Below, one piece after another: positions 57,147 to 64,000 of a DNA stretch of 64,000 nucleotides. Position numbers and translations under genes: made by a program. The stretch spans positions 234,604 to 298,603 of IMG/VR virus record IMGVR_UViG_3300037467_003067; one strand, 5' to 3'. Under the pieces are notes generated by a model, which made no database searches, was not told the DNA's origin, and worked only from the letters and a program-made list of their open reading frames with translations. This stretch comes from a virus (Duplodnaviria > Caudoviricetes). The stretch's first letter is position 1. The number at the start of each line of letters is the position of its first letter.

Positions 57147-58310
57147 ATGCCAAGAATACGATTAAAGAATTCGTTGAGATCTGCCATGTACGACGATCGA
57201 GAGCCGCACTACCTCTACGTCAACCCGCTTCGCCCCATCATCAAAAACCCCTATTCGCCAGAGTGGGATATCGCGTATTTGAGAGAGCATTATCCCGGAA
57301 TATTTCCCAAGCAGATCAGTGCCTATATTGACCCGTTTCTCGGCGATGGCGACATGTACTTCCACATAGGGTGCCGCGACAAGAGGGTCAATGATTATTC
57401 GATGGAACTGATCGAATTGTATTACTTGGTCAAGAATCGAGACAAGGAATTCCTCAGTATCATCGGCAACATGACTGATTTATGGTCGATATTGGGCGAC
57501 TTAGCCGATCAGGAATCACTCAGGCTTTACATCGCCGGGGATGACGAAGGTCTTGCCAGGAAAATATACACTCATCGGGGAACCATCTACGACTCTCTTT
57601 TCACGCGAGAAGCTAGCGAAAATCTCATTTTTGGGATGCAACTTACGGTCGTCGCTGGAGCCAGGAGACTCAGAAGGATCGAGTACCACAACGATATCGA
57701 AGACGATGAGCGGCTGCTTTACTTGACCGCAGCATTTCGAGCCGGGATTTACAACCACGTTCGTACCGTGTATAATTCCATCTCGGGTCGGCTGGGGACA
57801 CTCAGGACTGCGTGTTACTACTTCCTGCGGCGATACTCCTACAAGGGGATATTCCGCCAGAACCACATGAGGCATTTCACGACGCCGTTTGCAGGTGTCG
57901 CCGCAAATTCCTTGGTCCCGGACATCGACATTGATTACTGGTATAACAGTGATCTTACCTGGCAATTGACGACGACCACTTTCGAGAGTGCTAATTGTTT
58001 GGATTTCTTGATGAATGAAGACCTTGTGAACGACGATTTCATTTTCCTCGACCCACCTCATCCGTACCGGTCCAAGGCGTTCTCGGAATTCCCCTTCACG
58101 ATGCAGGACCACGAGCGACTTGCCGATTGGCTGATCGATAACTGTAAATGTCAGTGGCTATTGCTCCTGAAGCCGAGCCGCGTTATCGAGTCGCTGTACT
58201 GGAAGGGCAAGTCGAGAGGTATCCACTTCAACTACTTCACCAAGGGATTCCGCATCAGGAAGAACTTCATGGATTACGAGACCAAGCACGTCCTGATCAA
58301 GAACTATTGA
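57147..58310 (+). CDS. Divergent Dam-like (D12) DNA methyltransferase
   Basis: YIDPFLGDGDMYF, VND, FIFLDPPH, HERLA, VLIKNY; catalytic DPPY is DPPH. Confidence 0.7.
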   Translation: MPRIRLKNSLRSAMYDDREPHYLYVNPLRPIIKNPYSPEWDIAYLREHYPGIFPKQISAYIDPFLGDGDMYFHIGCRDKRVNDYSMELIELYYLVKNRDKEFLSIIGNMTDLWSILGDLADQESLRLYIAGDDEGLARKIYTHRGTIYDSLFTREASENLIFGMQLTVVAGARRLRRIEYHNDIEDDERLLYLTAAFRAGIYNHVRTVYNSISGRLGTLRTACYYFLRRYSYKGIFRQNHMRHFTTPFAGVAANSLVPDIDIDYWYNSDLTWQLTTTTFESANCLDFLMNEDLVNDDFIFLDPPHPYRSKAFSEFPFTMQDHERLADWLIDNCKCQWLLLLKPSRVIESLYWKGKSRGIHFNYFTKGFRIRKNFMDYETKHVLIKNY

Positions 58311-58572
58311 TGGTCTTGGGCGGATGGTCGCCGCGTTCCGGGTTGTCGATGTTCCTGTCGGAAGCCGTCCTCAGGGTGGCTGCCAAGGTGCGGAAGGATC
58401 GGAGGAAGTGCTGGGTCGCGTGCCGGACCGCTTCGTCCCCGTGGGTGAGCCGGTCCGATAGATCGGAAATTTCCTTCTCCAGGTCGCCAATCTTGGATTC
58501 GATTCGCTCAATTAATTCGAGATTGGGCGAGTTGTCCCAGGCATCCTCAAGATATCGCATAAAAGACTTCAT
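58297..58572 (-). CDS. Small coiled-coil protein, capsid-targeting-like N-terminus
   Basis: MKSFMRYLEDAW; GATACATA upstream. Confidence 0.65.
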   Translation of the reverse strand: MKSFMRYLEDAWDNSPNLELIERIESKIGDLEKEISDLSDRLTHGDEAVRHATQHFLRSFRTLAATLRTASDRNIDNPERGDHPPKTINSS

Positions 58573-58590
58573 GAATTATATGTATCAAAA

Positions 58591-59565
58591 ATGATCAAAG
58601 CTTTTACGAAACAGACCAAAAATATCGATGTATTGGTCCTGGTGGTCGGACACAAGAACCCCGATTTCCTCGCCGACACTGCCGAATCATTCGCCCATCA
58701 CCATCCTGCCGAATTCCCCTCGTACCAACTCGCGTTCGCGGTCGACCATAATGCCGACTGTGCCGCCGTGCTGTCTGAGCGATACGGTCCTAAGGTGGTC
58801 TACAACTCTCCTTCGTCGAACGGCTGGGGTCGGGGCATCCTGAGGACGATCGCCCACGCCCTCGACCATTTCCGCCGCAATGGCTTGCGGTGGGAACACC
58901 TTATCACCATCGATTCCGACACGTTGATAGTTGGTCCATGCCTGGACCATTATCTGGGATTGATCGAGGACGACACCTGCTTTGTCGGGCAGAAGTGGGG
59001 CGGAGAACAACCCTATTCGTCGGCGAATCCCGGTCCTGATCACAAGTGCATCCGGCAGATCAAGAAATTGGTCAAGCTCGGCATCGTTGATGAGACGAAA
59101 TGGCAGCCGTTGGATTATATGGTCGCCGGTCCCTTCATGCTTTGGACCAGAAAGACTCTGGATTTCATGGAGCGGGCTGAGTTGCTCCCCGGCGTAGTCC
59201 TGGACAAAGTCTATCCCTACATCATGTTCCCGCACGACCAGATATCCACGTTAATTCTCGGGATGGAGGGACACGGATTCAAGGATGCCGGACCGATCTC
59301 GATGCTCCATTGCGGCGATGTCGGAGGCGACCAATCATGGAAGCAGGGGTTGCCTTCCTGGAAGAGCAACGTTTTCGGCGAAGTGCCGGTCTTCCCCAAG
59401 GGGGTAGGCGTCATTCACCCGATTCGTTCGAAGAAGTTCGAAGAAGGCAGGGTTAGGGCATTTTTCAGGACCATGCGTTCCGAATCCCAGCCCGCAACGC
59501 TTGAGCAAATCTGGGACATTGCGGGCTGGAATTACAAGAGATTGCCAACTGTTTCTTGGGATTAG
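58591..59565 (+). CDS. GT-A fold glycosyltransferase-like protein
   Basis: AVD, N.WGRG, LITIDSD (DxD), AGPF, HDQ, HP. Confidence 0.6.
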   Translation: MIKAFTKQTKNIDVLVLVVGHKNPDFLADTAESFAHHHPAEFPSYQLAFAVDHNADCAAVLSERYGPKVVYNSPSSNGWGRGILRTIAHALDHFRRNGLRWEHLITIDSDTLIVGPCLDHYLGLIEDDTCFVGQKWGGEQPYSSANPGPDHKCIRQIKKLVKLGIVDETKWQPLDYMVAGPFMLWTRKTLDFMERAELLPGVVLDKVYPYIMFPHDQISTLILGMEGHGFKDAGPISMLHCGDVGGDQSWKQGLPSWKSNVFGEVPVFPKGVGVIHPIRSKKFEEGRVRAFFRTMRSESQPATLEQIWDIAGWNYKRLPTVSWD

Positions 59566-59574
59566 GAGATAAAA

Positions 59575-60012
59575 ATGGATTCTGGATTTCTTTCGCTGAT
59601 TTTTGCGTTGTCGTTTATGGGTAGCCTATTCACGGGGCTTGTATTTCTTTTTGAGTTATGCGATGGGCAGAAAGAGAAATCGCTGGTCTTGGCGAGATGG
59701 ATTTCGTGGACGAGCATGATTCTGACTTTCGTTTGGCTTTATGGAGCCCTATCCCAACCGCTCAAGATTCGCAGGGAATTGATGCTGACGCCCGCAGTGA
59801 TGCACAATGACGACGGCTCATTGGTCCAGATCGTGACATACACCGATCAGCACGGCAAGCAGGTCATTGTGAACCTTAACGAGAAATTCAAGGGATATCT
59901 GCCCGAGAAGAGTCGAATCAAGGTAACGGAATATCGGGAAGAATGGTACTGCGGCGTGTCGTTCGAAGATCAGAACCATTCCCAGCCTACCTACAAGATT
60001 GTCAAGGACTGA
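59575..60012 (+). CDS. Membrane protein (2 TM)
   Basis: AGGAG RBS; two hydrophobic helices. Confidence 0.7.
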   Translation: MDSGFLSLIFALSFMGSLFTGLVFLFELCDGQKEKSLVLARWISWTSMILTFVWLYGALSQPLKIRRELMLTPAVMHNDDGSLVQIVTYTDQHGKQVIVNLNEKFKGYLPEKSRIKVTEYREEWYCGVSFEDQNHSQPTYKIVKD

Positions 60013-60015
60013 ACG

Positions 60016-60058
60016 AACAAAGGCTGGTGTGTTTGTCGCGAACACACCAGCCTTTGTT
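60016..60058. terminator. 18-bp inverted repeat between convergent genes
   Basis: AACAAAGGCTGGTGTGTT-N7-AACACACCAGCCTTTGTT. Confidence 0.7.
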
Positions 60059-60076
60059 TGACTATTTCAGGATCGA

Positions 60077-60295
60077 TTACTGAGCGACGACGAAAGAGTC
60101 GCTGGCCCAGGTCGGGATGGTGTCATTGAAGGTGTCGCCGTCCTTGAGTTCCAACATCTTCTTGTTAGTGCCATTGTAAACCTGGATGAAACCGGTTCGC
60201 TGAATGGAAACGCCATTCAGAATCGAGGTGTCCAGAGACCCCTCAGTAGTCGCATTGATCATAGTGGGGGTGATCTTAAACTGGTAGTTTGCCAT
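60077..60295 (-). CDS. Small beta-rich hypothetical protein, possibly virion-associated
   Basis: AAGGAG RBS; CTATATAA upstream. Confidence 0.65.
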   Translation of the reverse strand: MANYQFKITPTMINATTEGSLDTSILNGVSIQRTGFIQVYNGTNKKMLELKDGDTFNDTIPTWASDSFVVAQ

Positions 60296-60388
60296 GCCTT
60301 CTCCTTACCTAAAGGGGTAAAATCAATTTATATAGTGTTTAATTTATTCATTTTTCACAATACAATGAAAGGATATTAGGATATAGAT

Positions 60389-60640
60389 ATGCCCATCACA
60401 CTCTATACCTATGAAATTAATCTTCCGACCGGCAAGATAGAGGAAAGCGTCCACGTCTTTGACGACGGTGACTATGACGAAAGCGTCACCGGCTATGCAT
60501 CCTATAACGACGATGGCTGGGAGAATGTCTACGCCGAATCGCTGGTCTCGGCTGAGGACGCCAAGTTATTGGTGTTGAATAAATGTAAAGAATTTGTTAA
60601 GTTATTTACTGATGCGGCGCTAAAGATAGCTAAGTCTTAA
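60389..60640 (+). CDS. Hypothetical protein
   Basis: 83-aa ORF with AGGA RBS. Confidence 0.6.
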   Translation: MPITLYTYEINLPTGKIEESVHVFDDGDYDESVTGYASYNDDGWENVYAESLVSAEDAKLLVLNKCKEFVKLFTDAALKIAKS

Positions 60641-60678
60641 AAATATTTAAACGATAGCTTCTAGGTAGGTCAAATTAA

Positions 60679-62037
60679 ATGGAAATAGTAGGATATGAAA
60701 ATTTGCATGCACACTCCGATTTCAGCCTCCTTGACGGCTTTCAGACTCCAGAGGAGATGGCAGAGCGGGCATCAAAGATAAACCAGAGATTCTGCTGCAT
60801 TTCGGACCACGGGGCGATGGGAGCCATTCCTAGACAAATTAAAGCATGTGAGAAATATGGAATTGATCCGATTTTCTCCTGCGAGTTGTTTGTTAATCCT
60901 TGGCAAGTTAGTCTGACTTCCGAAGAAGAGCGTAAGAAATACCTAGCAGATTTATCGGATGAAGAAAAATTAAGGCTCCGCAAAAACTATCATCTCCTTG
61001 CAATTGCCTACAATGAGGTCGGCTATAGCAATCTGGTTCGCCTGTCGTCGTGGGGTTATATCCACGGCTGGGGTGGTCGTCCGGCTCGACCCCGCGTCAA
61101 CTACGAACAACTCCTGGCACACAAGGAAGGCATTGTCTTCACTTCGTGCTGCTATGCCAGCCAAATCGGCTACACGTTCGACACGCTGGGCGAAGACGCG
61201 GCGATGGACATGGTCGCCAAGTACCTGGAGATGTTCGGGGAGAACTTCCGCCTCGAAATCATGCTTCTGGACTTCCACAAGCAAAAGCCCTACGACCAAT
61301 TTATTCTCAAAGCTCACGACAAGTTCAAGATTCCTTTAATTGTAACGCAGGATAGTCACTACGCTTGTCCGGAAGACAGCACCTACCAGCGATACATGTT
61401 GATGGTCCAGACCAAGCGGACCTTGGCTGAGATCGAGAAACTCCAAGCCGAGGGCGCGGATCTTTTCGAGCTCCAGGACCAGCAGTTGTGGCTGAAGTCT
61501 GAGGAGGAACTCAACTGGTTCTGGAAGAACAAGTATTCGGACGTCGTTGACTATGACCTCTTCAAGGAGGCGAAGCGAGGGACGGTCTTGCTCGCCGAAA
61601 AGGCAAAGGGCGTCACCCTGGACCGAAGCAACAAGCTGCCAGAGATCCCGCACGACAAGGAGAGGTTGAAAGAGGCTGTGATCCGTGGAGCGATTTCCAG
61701 AAATATCCCCAAGACCCTGGAATACCAGAAGCGGTTGGTGGAAGAATACGACCTAATCTGCCGCAAGGGGTTCGCTAGTTACTTCTTGATCACGAAGATG
61801 TTGACTGACGAAGCAAGGAGAATTTGCCCTCAACTCTTGGGTTGGGGCGATGGCACGGAGGCAGTCGGTAGCGGACGAGGGTCGGGTGTAGGCTCTTTGA
61901 CTTGTTATTGTCTCGGTATCACTGACGTCGATCCGGTTAAGCACGGACTTCTCTTCAGTCGATTCTTGTCAGAGGCTCGCGGCGGCAAGACCATGAGGAT
62001 CAGGTTCTCCAATATCGACCCCGTCCCGATCGACTAA
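60679..62037 (+). CDS. dnaE: DNA polymerase III alpha subunit, N-terminal fragment (PHP plus start of palm)
   Basis: LHAHSDFSLLDG, ISDHG, HLLAIAYN, QDSHY, GRGS..GSL.CYCLGITDVDP...LLFSRFL; stops before PDIDxDF. Confidence 0.9.
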   Translation: MEIVGYENLHAHSDFSLLDGFQTPEEMAERASKINQRFCCISDHGAMGAIPRQIKACEKYGIDPIFSCELFVNPWQVSLTSEEERKKYLADLSDEEKLRLRKNYHLLAIAYNEVGYSNLVRLSSWGYIHGWGGRPARPRVNYEQLLAHKEGIVFTSCCYASQIGYTFDTLGEDAAMDMVAKYLEMFGENFRLEIMLLDFHKQKPYDQFILKAHDKFKIPLIVTQDSHYACPEDSTYQRYMLMVQTKRTLAEIEKLQAEGADLFELQDQQLWLKSEEELNWFWKNKYSDVVDYDLFKEAKRGTVLLAEKAKGVTLDRSNKLPEIPHDKERLKEAVIRGAISRNIPKTLEYQKRLVEEYDLICRKGFASYFLITKMLTDEARRICPQLLGWGDGTEAVGSGRGSGVGSLTCYCLGITDVDPVKHGLLFSRFLSEARGGKTMRIRFSNIDPVPID

Positions 62038-62041
62038 AGAA

Positions 62042-62078
62042 AAATCCCTAGGTCAAGACTATCTTGACCTAGGGATTT
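62042..62078. terminator. 17-bp inverted repeat, bidirectional terminator
   Basis: AAATCCCTAGGTCAAGA-CTA-TCTTGACCTAGGGATTT. Confidence 0.75.
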
Positions 62079-62085
62079 ACTTGAC

Positions 62086-63171
62086 TCACGAATTCAGAGC
62101 TTTCAGGAAGTTGCGGAGGGCAGGCGACTTGTTTTCTTTCGCCATCATCCTGGACATCATGGAGGGTTTGGGTCCATCGAAGCCGTGGTGTGGGGGTCGA
62201 TGAAGACCAACACCGGCACCGGGTCGGCGAGACATGCCTTCTGGTCCTAGATCGGCAGCACCCTGAGAGGGGTCGTCCATTCCGTCCATGTCTTCGTCGT
62301 CGATGCCCATGTCGTCCTGATCGTCCATGCCTTCGCCATCCATGTCGCCCATATCGTCGTCATCATGGAATTCATCATCGTCCATGTCATCCATGTCGTC
62401 GTCATGGAACTCGTCGTCATCCATGTCGTCGTCATGGAACTCGTCGTCGTCCATGTCGTCGTGGTCGAGAGGATGAGGGTGACCGCCACCCATGCCATGA
62501 GGACCGCTCATGTCGTCGGGACCACCATGAGGATCGCCCATTCCATGACCTTCATCGCCCATCCCGAGACTTCCTCGCTTCATCTGGTGGGCTGGAGGAC
62601 CGACCATTTCGTTCATGGCACGACACAAAGAACGGCAGGTGCTTTCGCCGGTCTTACGGTCAGCCATCATCTCGGCGAGGATTTTGAGACCTTCGTTCTG
62701 CTTGAGGGTGAACTCGACCAATTGGCGATAGATCCCGGCTCGGCGGGCTTCGGCAACGAGGGCTTCGACCTGATTAGGCTGGCTCTTGAGCAACTTGCAG
62801 GTCGCGTTGATGGACTCGTGGATCGCACCGCAATTCCCCTTGGTCCGAGCCAGGTACTTGGCAAATTCGGCGGGATTCATGTGCTTGGTGGTATCGACGA
62901 ACTCCTTGACCGAATCGACATGATCGGAGCAGCACTTCTTGGTGCCGGGTACGGCGGTCTTTGGCTTGTAAACAAGGTCCTTATCTCCCTTGTCTGTCCA
63001 ATCGGAATCGACCTTGCTTTTGGGGGCTTTGCCGCCTGCTGCGGCGTAGGGTTTCCCGCCACCGGGAGGGGCATTCTTGATAGGACCGGGATAGTCGGCG
63101 ATCTGTTTTACGGGTGCCTTCCCCTTGTCCTTATCCTTAACGAACTCATGAAATTGCTTGAATCTAGGCAT
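62086..63171 (-). CDS. Hypothetical protein with Asp/His/Met/Gly-rich low-complexity region and capsid-targeting-like N-terminus
   Basis: MPRFKQFHEFV; DDDMDDDEFH repeats; AATATATA upstream. Confidence 0.8.
   Translation of the reverse strand: MPRFKQFHEFVKDKDKGKAPVKQIADYPGPIKNAPPGGGKPYAAAGGKAPKSKVDSDWTDKGDKDLVYKPKTAVPGTKKCCSDHVDSVKEFVDTTKHMNPAEFAKYLARTKGNCGAIHESINATCKLLKSQPNQVEALVAEARRAGIYRQLVEFTLKQNEGLKILAEMMADRKTGESTCRSLCRAMNEMVGPPAHQMKRGSLGMGDEGHGMGDPHGGPDDMSGPHGMGGGHPHPLDHDDMDDDEFHDDDMDDDEFHDDDMDDMDDDEFHDDDDMGDMDGEGMDDQDDMGIDDEDMDGMDDPSQGAADLGPEGMSRRPGAGVGLHRPPHHGFDGPKPSMMSRMMAKENKSPALRNFLKALNS
62355..62463 (-). repeat. 30-bp-period coding tandem repeat (DDDMDDDEFH)
   Basis: GTCATGGAACTCGTCGTC(A/G)TCCATGTCGTC repeated on the + strand. 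Confidence 0.85.
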
Positions 63172-63341
63172 TATAGAGGCTCCAGTCCTTGAATATTACC
63201 AGTGTAACTGTGTGAGTTATATATTATCAATCGATCAATTAGTTCCAGGACCTAAAAAATTGTCGATTGACCTTGAATAATTTTCTTAATTTGATATTAT
63301 ATATCGTATAGAAACTGATAACTTTCAGTTTCTTTTTAAAC

Positions 63342-63695
63342 GGGGGCGACACAGGATCGACAGACAATCGATTCCCTGAGATTGCGTGCAGGAGTTGGTC
63401 AAAGGCTCCTTAAAAATTGACCACACGCTTTAGTTGGCGAAAATAACTATAAAATGGCTGCCTAAGGGCAAGCCGAAGACTTAAGAAGCTCTGTCAGCGC
63501 GTCTGAAAGTCTTTCGTAAATCTGACTGGTTTCGGGTCGATGCGGGTCACGCCCAGAAACGAGATATGCTACCGGCTGGTCCAAAGAAGGCTTTGTTACT
63601 TGAGCCTCGGCGGGCGAGAAAGAATCAATTAACTACGCACGTAGTAATCCTAGGATAGTTTGGACTGGACCGGGTGGCAGTGACCCGCGCCTCCA
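63342..63695 (+). ncRNA. ssrA: tmRNA, one-piece; tag (A)GENNYKMAA at 63436..63465
   Basis: Acceptor stem GGGGGCG/CGCCTCC-A with G3.U70; GGATCGAC D-loop; TAGTT before resume codon; T-arm CGGGT-GGCAGTG-ACCCG. Confidence 0.92.
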
Positions 63696-63700
63696 CTTGC

Positions 63701-63735
63701 AGCCCAACTCCACCCCCAGAGAGTTGGGCTTTTTT
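63701..63735 (+). terminator. Intrinsic terminator of tmRNA
   Basis: AGCCCAACTC-N10-GAGTTGGGCT followed by T-run. Confidence 0.8.
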
Positions 63736-63757
63736 CGTGAGCCATAAGGAATTTGCC

Positions 63758-64000
63758 ATGGAAGTGCGATACTGTAGGTGCGATGGTTGTGGCGCTAAAT
63801 ACAGTAGATCGCTCGGCAAATATGCAAATGGCAAAGGCGAAATCATCGATCTGTGCGAAATGTGCGTGAAGCAAATCATCTTAAAAGCACTTAAAAAAGA
63901 TATTTTTATTCTTAGAACCCACTGCGTCCACTGTGGTGGCAAGGGAATCCTTCGCCAGACCAACAAGGGATACCTGCCCTGCCCCCACTGCGGCACCTAA
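63758..64000 (+). CDS. Small double zinc-finger protein
   Basis: AAGGA RBS; CDGC..CEMC and DnaJ-like CVHCGGKG..CPHCG. Confidence 0.7.
   Translation: MEVRYCRCDGCGAKYSRSLGKYANGKGEIIDLCEMCVKQIILKALKKDIFILRTHCVHCGGKGILRQTNKGYLPCPHCGT

Noticed and set aside
61970-62040. Frameshift, intron or intein restoring full-length DnaE
   Set aside because: No downstream polymerase sequence in any frame; a terminator and a convergent gene follow immediately
62355-62463. 30-bp periodic repeat as a CRISPR array
   Set aside because: No unique spacers; it is an in-frame coding repeat, and no cas genes are present
63625-63996. ORFs on both strands overlapping the tmRNA 3' end (including the 63674 start)
   Set aside because: They overlap the tmRNA and its terminator; the credible gene starts at 63758 with an RBS

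Overview
This 64-kb window looks like part of a large (jumbo/huge) tailed dsDNA bacteriophage genome using the standard bacterial code. All calls come from motif recognition by eye; no database search was run. Genes are densely packed and often translationally coupled, with sigma70-like promoters and no rRNA or CRISPR array. It carries a T4-like replication/recombination set: gp41/DnaB helicase, gp32-like SSB, RecA/UvsX, a UvsY-like protein, a UvsW-like helicase, a Hel308-like helicase and a gp4/TnsA-like nuclease. It also encodes an N-terminal-only DnaE fragment, a degenerate family-A polymerase, and nucleotide enzymes (ThyX, dNMP kinase, Nudix, two MazG-like proteins). There are four DNA methyltransferases with a probable restriction endonuclease and several AT-rich homing-endonuclease-like insertions. 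Host-type accessory genes include a complete prkA/yeaG-yeaH-spoVR/ycgB operon, HldE with a TPR-GT9 glycosyltransferase, Hsp20, an iron permease, an amidinotransferase and an amidoligase, plus a one-piece tmRNA (tag GENNYKMAA). The most notable unexplained signals are four. (i) A promoter-driven, densely base-paired ~380-nt non-coding leader lies upstream of the dam/polA-like operon. (ii) A duplicated 38-bp promoter drives both a ~215-nt structured RNA candidate and the prkA-yeaH-spoVR operon. (iii) About a dozen unrelated proteins share a T4-like N-terminal capsid-targeting-type motif and often a TATAAATA-like upstream element; one has an ADP-ribosyltransferase-like fold. (iv) An unannotated 53-aa metallothionein-like ORF is present. 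The host cannot be determined from this window.
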